64,000 nucleotides of DNA from an uncultured Alphaproteobacteria bacterium (GCA_910584385.1 CAJUAK010000002.1:34418-98417); one strand, 5' to 3'; counted from the first letter of the stretch, positions 40,375 through 49,286 are shown. The notes: generated from the letters alone by a model not told the origin. A program made the numbers and translations.

Positions 40375-40680
40375 TTATTGGGCCGGCATATCAACTTCTT
40401 CTTCGGTGATTGTTACGCTTTCAGCATTTTCTCCGGTGTCAGTCGGTGCATCCTGAACGGCTTGGGGAGCAGATACGTTTGGCGTGTTTGGCTGAGCCTG
40501 TTCCATTTGTGCTGCGGGAGCAGCTGCGGGCGTTACAACCTCATAGCCCTCTTCTACGATTACCATATTGTTTGAGTCCGGGTTGCCGACAGCGGCAGAA
40601 GTTTGGCTTTGCGCATGCGCAGCTTTATAGCCGCCCAATGCCAGGGCTGCTATTGAAAATATGTAAAAAAGCTTGTTCAT
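40375..40680 (-). CDS. Small exported hypothetical protein.
   Basis: Signal peptide MNKLFYIFSIAALALGGYKAAHAQ. Rich in A/P/Q with low complexity. Confidence 0.4.
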   Translation of the reverse strand: MNKLFYIFSIAALALGGYKAAHAQSQTSAAVGNPDSNNMVIVEEGYEVVTPAAAPAAQMEQAQPNTPNVSAPQAVQDAPTDTGENAESVTITEEEVDMPAQ

Positions 40681-40819
40681 TTTTCTTGTCCTCTGATAAA
40701 TTTTATACAGCTTTTATATAAGCCCTTTAACATACCTTTCAAGTTCCCTTGGCGCTTTGGCGTTTTGTTCTTGACGGCATGGCATATTTTGTTTAAAATT
40801 AAAATGTTTGTCAATTTAG

Positions 40820-41500
40820 ATGGAGACTGTTGTGATTTTAGGTAAAAAAGCAATCGTGTGGGATTTGGATAATACTCTTTATCGGATTACTCCGGAATTT
40901 GCCGAGATGCTTGACGAGGCTACCGCAATTGCTGCTGTTGAGGATTTGGGAATCGATATGGATTTGGCCGAGGCAAAGGAAAAGGTTACGGAATCGTATA
41001 GGTTATACCGTGATGGCGGAGAAATTTTTGTAAGGGAATATGGCATTTCTCCCAAAGATATGTTTGACGCCTATCATAAAAGAAAGCCTATTGCACCAAT
41101 TGTTCCTTATGAGAACCTTTTGCAGCGCTTGGAAGCTTTGCCTGCGGAACAGTATATCTTTTCGACAAGCAGCCGGGATGTCTGCGAGAAAATATTAAAA
41201 CATATCGGCTTGTATGACTTTTTTGCCGGGAAATTTTATTCCGTTGAGGATTTTGGCGTTTATAAGAAAAATGAAGATGCTGCCGTATACCGCCAAATGT
41301 GCCAGGCGATAGGGCACAATCCCGATGAATGCGTGTTTGTTGATGACAGCTATTCCAATTTAGAGTTTGCCAAAGAAATCGGCATGATGACGGTGCGGAT
41401 TTTTTATCAAAGCAATTCTGCAAAAGACAAGCCTTATATTGATATGGCATTTAAAGGGTTAGACGGTTTTCTGGATTATCTCCGGTCAGCGGCGGCATAG
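40820..41500 (+). CDS. HAD superfamily hydrolase (nucleotidase-like).
   Basis: Motif I IVWDLDNTLY and a motif IV VFVDD. Confidence 0.65.
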   Translation: METVVILGKKAIVWDLDNTLYRITPEFAEMLDEATAIAAVEDLGIDMDLAEAKEKVTESYRLYRDGGEIFVREYGISPKDMFDAYHKRKPIAPIVPYENLLQRLEALPAEQYIFSTSSRDVCEKILKHIGLYDFFAGKFYSVEDFGVYKKNEDAAVYRQMCQAIGHNPDECVFVDDSYSNLEFAKEIGMMTVRIFYQSNSAKDKPYIDMAFKGLDGFLDYLRSAAA

Positions 41501-42154
41501 CTCGGCTTCGTGAATGTAATTGCTTTTATTGTCTAATTTATATTGCTCTGCCAGCAGCTGCTTTTTGAAAAAGTCAATCAGGGGTGTGATTTGCCGCGTA
41601 TAGTTTTGGCTTAGCCTTTCTGTTGCTTTGTTTATTTCAGAAACTTTTTCTACTTTTTCAGGCGGCATCTGGCCGGCGATTTTTATAATTTGTTTATAAA
41701 ACAGCGGCAGGAAATGTTCCAATGCGGTTTTATTTATTTGCTGATGGGTTTGTTCGTGCCTCATGACCAGATTATATTGGCAGCTGTTTGGCTTTAAATT
41801 TTTTTCCAGATAAATAACGGGGTTTTGGTAGCCTATAAATATTTCAAGAGATTTTGGAAAAACGCAGATTTCATTTTGGCTTATCCGTTCAGACAAGGTA
41901 TTGACGTTGATTTCCCAAGCGACTTGTATTGTTGCCAGGCCGGATGCAAAAAGCCCTTTTTCCAGAATGCCGCTCTTTTTTGCGATGGCGGTGATTTCAT
42001 GCTGGCTCTTGGTTAAGTCATATGTCAGCTTTCCATAAGAAGTGTAGAAATCAATCTGCGGTTTCGGCGCTGCGGAAGCACAGTCAAACGCTTGCACGTT
42101 TTTTAATAAAAAGGTGTTTGCCAGAATTGTTAATATAATAAAAAGCTTTTTCAT
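41486..42154 (-). CDS. Secreted putative zinc-dependent protease (DUF922-like) with an HExxH motif.
   Basis: Signal peptide plus MRHEQTHQQI (HExxH). Confidence 0.4.
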   Translation of the reverse strand: MKKLFIILTILANTFLLKNVQAFDCASAAPKPQIDFYTSYGKLTYDLTKSQHEITAIAKKSGILEKGLFASGLATIQVAWEINVNTLSERISQNEICVFPKSLEIFIGYQNPVIYLEKNLKPNSCQYNLVMRHEQTHQQINKTALEHFLPLFYKQIIKIAGQMPPEKVEKVSEINKATERLSQNYTRQITPLIDFFKKQLLAEQYKLDNKSNYIHEAELCRR

Positions 42155-42217
42155 GATATGATTATAAGCAAAGAAATATTAAATTTTGCTTTATTTGACA
42201 GGGTTAGAAAAATGAAA

Positions 42218-42637
42218 AAAATTGGTTATTGTTTATTGATGGTCATTCTGTTTGCTGCCGCGGCTTATGCGCAAGATAAATATGTGCGCCGCCGTCCCGA
42301 ACATAATTTCTTTATTCCCCAAGGGGCGATGGGACGCCCTGAAAAGCTTCCGATGCCCCATTACACAAAAGGCGAGGATGAAAGTGTTAAGAGCCTTAAA
42401 AATGCGGAAGAAGTGCCGCATTGGACTGATGATGAAATAGAAGAAATGCGCCAGCTCGCAAAGGCCCCGGCTTATCAGAAAAAATATGACGAATATATTG
42501 AAGATATTGAAGAAATTGATGAGAATGGCAGCCTTCCTGAAAATGAGGAATTAAAGGAAGATTTGCAGCAGATGGACTCTAATGAAAAAATCCGCCTTGA
42601 AATTCAAGGCGGAGAAAGCGGAAAGCCTCTTTTTTAG
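42218..42637 (+). CDS. Exported acidic hypothetical protein.
   Basis: Signal peptide MKKIGYCLLMVILFAAAAYAQ, followed by an E/D-rich region. Confidence 0.45.
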   Translation, partial: KIGYCLLMVILFAAAAYAQDKYVRRRPEHNFFIPQGAMGRPEKLPMPHYTKGEDESVKSLKNAEEVPHWTDDEIEEMRQLAKAPAYQKKYDEYIEDIEEIDENGSLPENEELKEDLQQMDSNEKIRLEIQGGESGKPLF

Positions 42638-42692
42638 CCGGGCTAATCAGCTAAAGCGTAATTTTTAGCCGGGCTAATCAGCTAAAGCGTAA
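42631..42692. repeat. Perfect 31-bp tandem duplication, two copies.
   Basis: tttttagccgggctaatcagctaaagcgtaa occurs twice. Each copy contains the stop codon of one of the convergent genes. Confidence 0.85.
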
Positions 42693-43156
42693 ATGTCTTT
42701 AACAACCCAGTTATTGTTTTGGAAGTCCATAACGTAAATAATGTTTCCGTTGCAGAGGCCAAACCAGTTTCCGTCACATTGGCTGTTGGTGTACACTTCA
42801 ACAGCCGTTCCTTCCAGGGATTTTAATTTTTGAACCTGGTAGGTTATTTCTGTCGGGCGTCCGAGGCTGTCGTCTACCATAAAAATAAAGTCGGGCATTT
42901 GGCCTTTATGGGAAGCGCATTCGCTAAAATCAGGATTGATTGTGCATTTTAAGGCCATGTTGATTGTGCAAAGGATATTGCTTTCTTCGGTGCACCCTTC
43001 GGCAAGCGTCTCTTTGCTGAAGCTGAATTTTTTATCTTCTATGCCGAGTTCTTGCGGTGCAGACGGCTGGGACTGTTCCCGGCTTTTGTTTGTTTCAGTT
43101 TCAAAACAGGCGGCGAGCAGCAGGCATAAGCTGGCAATGCTAAGAAATTTTTTCAT
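42674..43156 (-). CDS. Lipoprotein of unknown function.
   Basis: MKKFLSIASLCLLLAAC lipobox. Start chosen at the RBS-preceded ATG at 43156. Confidence 0.5.
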   Translation of the reverse strand: MKKFLSIASLCLLLAACFETETNKSREQSQPSAPQELGIEDKKFSFSKETLAEGCTEESNILCTINMALKCTINPDFSECASHKGQMPDFIFMVDDSLGRPTEITYQVQKLKSLEGTAVEVYTNSQCDGNWFGLCNGNIIYVMDFQNNNWVVKDIYALAD

Positions 43157-43274
43157 ATCGTTTATCCTTTTATTTGATGATATTGTTATATAATCATATC
43201 CTGTTTTTTTAGCAAGTGCAAAAAAAGGAGATGTTTGAAAAAACATCTCCTTTGAATCTTTTCTAACCAAATGA

Positions 43275-43799
43275 TTAGAAGGTGTATCTGGCACCCAAAG
43301 AATATTCCATCATGTGGTCGATTTCAACGTTGCGCAGGTCAACATAGCGAGCCATTGCGCGAATGCTTACGTTTTCATCAACATTGTACATGGCGCCCAA
43401 ACCATAGCGGAAGCCATAACCATAGTTGCGATCTACAGCGCCGTCTTCTTTAGAAGTAAACTTGTAGCCGCCCCAGCCTAATTCACCAATCAGGGAAACA
43501 GTCTGTTCACAACCTAAAGGCAGGTAGCCCATCAAATCCAAACCATAAGCCTGCATATGAACTTTATCACCGGCTTTCTTGTCGTCTGTAGACAACTGAT
43601 AGAAAGCTTCTGTGCCGAAGTACTGGTTGTACATTGTACCAACATTGATAGAACCAGAATTCAGATTTACAGAAGTACTTGCAACTTCTGTATAGTTGTA
43701 GTCAGCACCAACATAAGGTGTGAATTCATAAGCACTGGCATTTGCAGCAAAAGCAACTGCAGATACGGCTACCATTAATGCACCAATAGTTTTTTTCAT
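43275..43799 (-). CDS. Small outer-membrane beta-barrel protein (Omp25/OmpW/Opa-like).
   Basis: Signal peptide, alternating aromatic beta-strands, and a C-terminal ...ARYTF with a terminal Phe. Confidence 0.65.
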   Translation of the reverse strand: MKKTIGALMVAVSAVAFAANASAYEFTPYVGADYNYTEVASTSVNLNSGSINVGTMYNQYFGTEAFYQLSTDDKKAGDKVHMQAYGLDLMGYLPLGCEQTVSLIGELGWGGYKFTSKEDGAVDRNYGYGFRYGLGAMYNVDENVSIRAMARYVDLRNVEIDHMMEYSLGARYTF

Positions 43800-43974
43800 G
43801 TGTAAATTCCTTTAAAATTTTAACGGTTACAGACTAAAAGTATATATCCTTTAGTCGTTACCCCATTACATTAGCACTTAATTTATAAAAATAAAGTAAA
43901 ATAATATTACAAAATTAATTGTCTGTTGAAATTATTGGTGATAAACTGTTTTTATGTTGAAAATGGGAGCAGAT

Positions 43975-44553
43975 ATGAAAGAACAGCAAGCGGGCCGGTC
44001 AATGGTGGAGATGGTGCTGGTGATTGGCATTATCGGGGTTTTGACCATGACAATTATGAAAACAATCGGCAATGTTTACGAACGTTGGCAGTTAAGCTGT
44101 ATCGCTTCCGAATTGCGAGACATTCAAAAAAACATTACCCGGCGTTATGCTGTCAGCGGCTATTATGACAGCATAAAGGATATGGATGCCCAAGACCTTT
44201 TGGAAGAAAAAATGGTGCCTGAATCGGTTGTAAAAGGCAGCGGGATGATGCATACGGCCGGCGGGCAGATTGTGATTGAGCCGGTCAAGGCATCCGGCGG
44301 AAATTATAGCGCTTGCAGCACTTCGTGCGATAAATACGGCGTTACGTTTAAAAGCCTTTCGCCAAGAAGCTGTTTGGATATGGTTTCTTTGAATTGGCAG
44401 GTTAAAGGCGGAACGGATTTAGTTGCCGTCTGTAAGGGAAGCTCCTGCGCAGAATGGGGCGGAACCGGCGATTTGGCGCTTCCGGCAACGGCTGGTTTGG
44501 TTAATAAGTTTTGTTCTTCTGACAAGAATGATATAAGGTGGATTTTTCAATGA
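43975..44553 (+). CDS. Type IV prepilin-like protein (pilin or pseudopilin).
   Basis: N-terminal MKEQQAG|RSMVEMVLVIGIIGVL shows a prepilin peptidase-type site with Glu at +5 and a hydrophobic helix. Cysteine pairs lie in the C-terminal half. Confidence 0.45.
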   Translation: MKEQQAGRSMVEMVLVIGIIGVLTMTIMKTIGNVYERWQLSCIASELRDIQKNITRRYAVSGYYDSIKDMDAQDLLEEKMVPESVVKGSGMMHTAGGQIVIEPVKASGGNYSACSTSCDKYGVTFKSLSPRSCLDMVSLNWQVKGGTDLVAVCKGSSCAEWGGTGDLALPATAGLVNKFCSSDKNDIRWIFQ

Positions 44554-44969
44554 TTAAAGTGAATGATGTCAACAAAAATACGGAAATTGGCACTTCAAAG
44601 GTTCGTAAAAGTTCAGACGGCGTGAGCTTTTCTTCTTTTTTGAAACCGGCCGCAACGCAAGGGTCGGCAGCGGTTTCCGGTGCGGCTTCGATTAATGCCG
44701 CCGAAGCTATTTTTGCGGCGCAGATGGTTGGCGGAGCAGAAGAAAGGGAAGTGCGCCGAAAGATGGTCCGGCACGGGCAGAGCCTTTTGGAAAAATTGGA
44801 AGAGATAAGAAACGGCCTGCTGGCCGGGCATATTTCTAAAGACAGGCTGATTGAAATATCCCGTTTTGTCAAAGACAGGCGTTTTCAGGCTGAGGATGAA
44901 CGGCTGAATGAAATCATCTCGGAAATAGAACTTCGCGTTGAAGTTGAGCTTGCTAAACTTATGGGGTAA
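44550..44969 (+). CDS. Hypothetical protein with weak FlgM-like C-terminal resemblance.
   Basis: RBS aaggtgg lies before the ATG at 44550. LEKLEEIRNGLLAGHISKDRLIE resembles the C-terminus of anti-sigma-28 factors. The gene overlaps the end of the pilin-like gene. Confidence 0.3.
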   Translation: MIKVNDVNKNTEIGTSKVRKSSDGVSFSSFLKPAATQGSAAVSGAASINAAEAIFAAQMVGGAEEREVRRKMVRHGQSLLEKLEEIRNGLLAGHISKDRLIEISRFVKDRRFQAEDERLNEIISEIELRVEVELAKLMG

Positions 44970-45059
44970 AAAAGGCTTTTTTTTCTTGCGCGGGGCGATG
45001 TATTTAGGTAAGTTTCTTCCTATATATTTTTTTATTAAAGCAAATTAAGGAGTATAAGG

Positions 45060-45485
45060 ATGAACGCATCAGTCATTCTACCGCCGGATTATCGTCCGTC
45101 TCATGATGAACCCTATATGAACGAAACCCAGCTGGAATATTTTCGCCAGAAGCTGCTGGCATGGAAAAAGTCGCTGATTACGCAATCCACTGATACATTG
45201 GAAGAGTTGCGCGAAGGCGGTTTGAATCAGCCGGATGAAATTGACCGCGCATCGCTGGAAGCCGACAAAGCTTTGGAACTTCGTACAAGAGACCGTATCC
45301 GCAAGCTGATTTCAAAGATTGACGAGGCTTTGAAAAGAATTGAAGATGGCGAATATGGCTATTGCGAAGATACCGGCGAACCTATCGGTATTGAACGTTT
45401 GGAAGTCCGTCCGGTGGCTACGCTTTCAATTGAGGCTCAGGAACGCCACGAACGTATGGAAAAAACATACGATGACGAAGCCTGA
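45060..45485 (+). CDS. dksA: DksA/TraR family transcription factor, a cysteine-poor variant.
   Basis: Coiled-coil with the DxxDxA tip (DEIDRASLEAD) and a C-terminal region with a single Cys instead of the C4 zinc finger. Confidence 0.75.
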   Translation: MNASVILPPDYRPSHDEPYMNETQLEYFRQKLLAWKKSLITQSTDTLEELREGGLNQPDEIDRASLEADKALELRTRDRIRKLISKIDEALKRIEDGEYGYCEDTGEPIGIERLEVRPVATLSIEAQERHERMEKTYDDEA

Positions 45486-45502
45486 TACCTTTTAGGTGTG
45501 AT

Positions 45503-46072
45503 ATGGCAAAAGATTTTATTTTGGCTTCAGGTTCCAAACAAAGAAAGGAACTTCTGGAGCAGATTGGATATGTTCCGGCACAGATTATTCCCGCCGATAT
45601 TGATGAGACGCCGGCAAAAGGGGAAAAGCCCAGCGCTTATGTAAAGCGTATGGCGTTGGAAAAAGCTTTGCATGTGGCCGCGCTTCATCCGGGAAAGGTT
45701 GTTTTGGCTTGCGATACGGTTGTTGCAACGCAGGCAAAAATTGTTCAAAAAGCCAAAAACAGCGAAGAACAGGAAGACGTTATGCGCATGCTTTCTGCCA
45801 AAGCGCACCGCGTGCTTTCTGCCGTTTGCGTTATTGATCGTCAGGGGAAAGTTTCCAGCCGGTTGAGCGTTACAAAAGTTGTTATGAAACGTTTGTCGGA
45901 AGAAGAAATCAAGTCTTATGTGGCAACAAATGAATGGCAGGGATGCTGCGGCTATAAAATCGAAGGATGTATGGCGGCGTTTGTCCGCAGGCTTATCGGA
46001 TCTTATTCCGGCGTTGTCGGGCTGCCTTTGTTTGAAACTAAAAATTTGCTAAATGGCGCTGGCATTAAATAA
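45503..46072 (+). CDS. maf: Maf-like nucleoside triphosphate pyrophosphatase.
   Basis: ILASGSKQRKELLEQIG N-terminus and the Maf fold. Length 189 aa. Confidence 0.8.
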   Translation: MAKDFILASGSKQRKELLEQIGYVPAQIIPADIDETPAKGEKPSAYVKRMALEKALHVAALHPGKVVLACDTVVATQAKIVQKAKNSEEQEDVMRMLSAKAHRVLSAVCVIDRQGKVSSRLSVTKVVMKRLSEEEIKSYVATNEWQGCCGYKIEGCMAAFVRRLIGSYSGVVGLPLFETKNLLNGAGIK

Positions 46073-46085
46073 TGGAGAAGTTGTT

Positions 46086-47255
46086 ATGGCGATAGATACA
46101 ATTGTTTATGAAGGAAATTCACAAGTAAGCCGTTTGGCAGGGATAGCATCCGGAAGGGCTGCTGAAATTGAATTTGTTAATCATCGGCAGGCGGCCGAAG
46201 GCAATGTTTATCTTGCTAAAATTGTTCGCAAAATCGATTTGGCGAATGACAAGGTTGGCTATTTTGTAGATATTTTAGACAGCAAGCCCGGCTTTATTAA
46301 CGCATGGGAACCCGGCCTGGATGAATTAAAGACGGCCGAAGGCCAGAGCCTTGTTGTGCAGGTGGCACAAGAACAAAGAGCAGAAAAAGGTGCCAAATTA
46401 ACGCGAAATTTGCAATTTGCCGGGAAGAATTTGGTTTATTGCCCTTATAAAATGAATGTTGAAGTTTCTTCTAAAATTGAAGATAAAGCAAAAGCCGACG
46501 AATATCGCGAATGGGTTGTTGAACATATGACCGGGCAGGAAGGTTGGATTTTGCGGACATCTTCCGTGTCTGCTTCAAAAGATGAAATCGCCAAGGAAAT
46601 GGAAGAGTTGCGCGGAGAGTATGAAAACTTGCGGAAAAAGGCGCGCAGCGAATCCGCGCCGTGCCTGTTGGCCGCTAAAGGAAACCCTCTTTGGGAGATG
46701 GTGATAAGAAACCAGAGCCATTTGAAAAAATTTGTAACAAATTCCCGTCAGATATTGGAAGAAGCAAAAGAAACTTTGGGCGATGGTGTTGAGTTTGAAC
46801 TTGAAAATGCGCCTTTTGACTGCTATGGGCTGGATGACCAAATTGCCGAAGCAATGCTTCCCGAGGTTAAGCTTCCAGGGGGCGGGCGCCTGTTTATTGA
46901 AGAGACGAAAGCCTGTGTTGCCATTGATGTTGACAGCGGCGATGATAAAGCGCGCGGCGCCCTCTCGCATTTGAATGAGGAGGCGGCGGAAGAAATCGTG
47001 CGGCAAATCCGCTTAAGGAATCTTGCCGGGAAGATTATAATTGATTTTGCGGGCGCTTCTGATTTTCGTTATTTGAATCCGGTTGTGGAATTGTTGGAGA
47101 AAGCTTTTAAAGGCGATTATATAAAAACGGCGGTTTATGGTTTGAGCCGCGGCGGCAATGTGGAGATTGTCCGCTCGCGCCGGCGTCCAAGCTTGAAAGA
47201 TGTCTTGAGCGAAACTTGCCCGACCTGCCATGGAAGCGGGCGCGTGGAGAAGTAA
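46086..47255 (+). CDS. rng: Ribonuclease E/G family protein (compact RNase G-like).
   Basis: S1-like N-terminus and the C-terminal Zn-link CPTCHGSGRVEK. RBS before the ATG at 46086. Shorter than canonical RNase G. Confidence 0.55.
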   Translation: MAIDTIVYEGNSQVSRLAGIASGRAAEIEFVNHRQAAEGNVYLAKIVRKIDLANDKVGYFVDILDSKPGFINAWEPGLDELKTAEGQSLVVQVAQEQRAEKGAKLTRNLQFAGKNLVYCPYKMNVEVSSKIEDKAKADEYREWVVEHMTGQEGWILRTSSVSASKDEIAKEMEELRGEYENLRKKARSESAPCLLAAKGNPLWEMVIRNQSHLKKFVTNSRQILEEAKETLGDGVEFELENAPFDCYGLDDQIAEAMLPEVKLPGGGRLFIEETKACVAIDVDSGDDKARGALSHLNEEAAEEIVRQIRLRNLAGKIIIDFAGASDFRYLNPVVELLEKAFKGDYIKTAVYGLSRGGNVEIVRSRRRPSLKDVLSETCPTCHGSGRVEK

Positions 47256-47256
47256 A

Positions 47257-47448
47257 ATGAAGTGTCCCATTTGCAAAAAAGAATTTGAAGATATGAAATA
47301 TCGCCCCTTTTGTTCCAAAAGATGTGCGGATATAGATTTGGGCAATTGGTTCAGCGGCAAATATTCAGTGCCTTTGGAAGAAATGGAAGATGCCGAATGG
47401 GAAGAACTCAATGACGAGCTGAACAAACAAGAAGGCGGCGATTGTTAA
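47257..47448 (+). CDS. yacG: DNA gyrase inhibitor YacG (zinc ribbon).
   Basis: CPICKKEF...RPFCSKRCADIDLGNWFSGKY. Confidence 0.7.
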   Translation: MKCPICKKEFEDMKYRPFCSKRCADIDLGNWFSGKYSVPLEEMEDAEWEELNDELNKQEGGDC

Positions 47449-47475
47449 ATAATTGCCGTTAGGATGACAAAAGAA

Positions 47476-47503
47476 GGGAGATGAAAATCATCTCCCTTTT
47501 TTA
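47476..47503 (+). terminator. Rho-independent terminator (gggagatgaaaatcatctccc followed by T6).
   Basis: Perfect stem with a T-run, after yacG. Confidence 0.6.
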
Positions 47504-47565
47504 GCCTGTTATAATTAAGGATTTTTGCTGGTTTGTAGAAGCTTGCATATAACAGGGCTAAAATC

Positions 47566-47907
47566 TTAAAATTCGTCGCCGAGTTTGCCGGTAGCGAATC
47601 CTGTACCGTTTCCAGAACTTGTTGCGAAATCCACAATAGATCCGGCAGCGGCTAAAATGGCTAGCCCAACAGCCAAACCTGCAAACCATGTCCATTTGAT
47701 TTTGCCGAAAATGGCGCCAAAAGCCACGCCGACCAAGCCAAAGCCGCCAAGAATAAACATAATCTTTTTTACAGCTTGAAAGGTGGTTGCCGCTTTTGTT
47801 TCCGCTGCACTCATTACATCTTGTGCTGATGCTTCGCCGCAAAAAAGCAGCATGCTGCAAACTGCCAAAAGGCAGATTGTGCAGAGGTTGTTTTTAATAA
47901 AATTCAT
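47566..47907 (-). CDS. VirB2/TrbC-like conjugative pilin-type protein (orphan).
   Basis: Signal peptide ending ASAQ, then two glycine-rich hydrophobic helices separated by KIKWTW, then a G-rich C-terminus. The architecture matches T4SS pilin subunits. Confidence 0.4.
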   Translation of the reverse strand: MNFIKNNLCTICLLAVCSMLLFCGEASAQDVMSAAETKAATTFQAVKKIMFILGGFGLVGVAFGAIFGKIKWTWFAGLAVGLAILAAAGSIVDFATSSGNGTGFATGKLGDEF

Positions 47908-47974
47908 CGTTCTTCTCCCCTTTTTGTTTTTGTTAATTTTTATAGAACAAGCTCTATACTATTAATGATAAATG

Positions 47975-47987
47975 TTTTTTTTTTTTT
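47975..47987. repeat. Homopolymeric T13 tract (A13 on the minus strand), about 70 bp upstream of the VirB2-like gene.
   Basis: Counted directly from the sequence. Confidence 0.9.
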
Positions 47988-48037
47988 GCAAGGTAAAATT
48001 ACTATTGTGGATTTTATTTCATAAATCTGTAACAGAG

Positions 48038-48073
48038 CTAAAAAAAGAACCCTGCTGAGTGTTTCAGCAGGGC
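48038..48073 (-). terminator. Minus-strand terminator (ccctgctga...tcagcaggg with an A-run on the plus strand).
   Basis: Hairpin plus A7, downstream of the 48097..48279 minus-strand gene. Confidence 0.5.
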
Positions 48074-48096
48074 TTTGGAGATGTATATGAAGCTTA

Positions 48097-48279
48097 CTAG
48101 AAAATTACTTTCTGCATATTGCTCCGCATGAGAGCGTCTTTTCTGCGTAAATTTTCTTTTTTTATTTGTTCAATGCGGATTAAATTTTTCCATACATGGC
48201 TTTCATTTTCTTTGATTGCCAAATCCAGACAGCTGTCTTGCAGCTTGAGGCTTTCCAGGCTGTTATCAAGATATTTCAT
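48097..48279 (-). CDS. DUF465 (YdcH-like) small coiled-coil protein.
   Basis: 60 aa with the LK..KL.LKD-like C-terminal pattern (IKKENLRRKDALMRS). Confidence 0.45.
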   Translation of the reverse strand: MKYLDNSLESLKLQDSCLDLAIKENESHVWKNLIRIEQIKKENLRRKDALMRSNMQKVIF

Positions 48280-48427
48280 GATTGTTCTCCCAAGATGGAA
48301 TTATTGCTAATTTGTAGCAATATCAATTATAGCATTTTTTTATTTAAAATCCAGCAAAAAGAATCTGTTAAATAGTTTTAGTTCTGAAAATGATGCTTAT
48401 ATTAAAAATAAAAATGAGGAGAAGAGT

Positions 48428-48817
48428 ATGCCGAATATGGATTGGTATCATGGTTTGTTAAAGCCGGATTTAACGCCGCCGGATTTTTTGTTTGGCGTTG
48501 TCTGGCCTGTTTTATATTTTTTGATGGGGTTGAGTTTGGTATTGCTTTGGAAAAACTCCGGCAAAAAGCTGTCTTGGCCTTTATTTTGGTTTGCGCTCCA
48601 GCTGGTTTTGAATTTGGCGTGGAGCCCGGTGTTTTTCGGTATGCGGAATATTGGCGGCGGCTTAGCGGTTATTTTGCTTTTATTTTTTGCACTTTCAATA
48701 ACAGTCGCGCTTTTCTACCGGCGCTATAAAATATCCGGATGGTTATTAATTCCTTATTGGTTTTGGGTCTTGTTTGCCGTCTATCTTAACTTTGGCATTT
48801 GGCTGCTTAATTCATAA
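48428..48817 (+). CDS. tspO: TspO/MBR family tryptophan-rich membrane protein. It is short and appears to lack the first transmembrane helix.
   Basis: LKPDLTPPDFLFGVVWPVLYFLMG and a C-terminal AVYLNFGIWLLN. RBS gaggag before the ATG. Confidence 0.6.
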   Translation: MPNMDWYHGLLKPDLTPPDFLFGVVWPVLYFLMGLSLVLLWKNSGKKLSWPLFWFALQLVLNLAWSPVFFGMRNIGGGLAVILLLFFALSITVALFYRRYKISGWLLIPYWFWVLFAVYLNFGIWLLNS

Positions 48818-48914
48818 TTATGAGATTCTCTGTGGCATAATTTAAATTTTTTGTTGTTTTTTATATTTTAAAGGCTAAAAACAGAATAGTGCGTAATTTA
48901 GTTGGAGATATAAA

Positions 48915-49286
48915 ATGGAAAAATTTAAAGCTAGCTTAAAAACTTATTTTTTAGATGTTTTGGTTAACCAGTATGTTGATTTTAAAGGCCGGGCATCCCG
49001 TACACAATTTTGGATGTTTTTCCTTTATGTTTTTGTAATTATGTTTGTCATCGGTTTTATTGCCGGATTGCTGAATATGCCCCGTTTGGCTCAGTTGGCA
49101 ATTTTGCCGTTCTTGCTGCCAAATATTGCTATTGCTGTCCGCCGCATCAGAGATTTGGGAATTTCCGGATGGTTTATCCTGGTATCTTTTGTTCCTTTTG
49201 TCGGTAGCATTTTGGTTTTGATCGGCTATTGCCTGCCGACAGATTTCCTCAAACCTTATGTTGAGAAATTGATGAAGAAAAACTAA
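48915..49286 (+). CDS. DUF805 (YhaH-like) inner membrane protein.
   Basis: GRASRTQFWMF and a conserved RRIRDLGISGW region. Confidence 0.75.
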   Translation: MEKFKASLKTYFLDVLVNQYVDFKGRASRTQFWMFFLYVFVIMFVIGFIAGLLNMPRLAQLAILPFLLPNIAIAVRRIRDLGISGWFILVSFVPFVGSILVLIGYCLPTDFLKPYVEKLMKKN

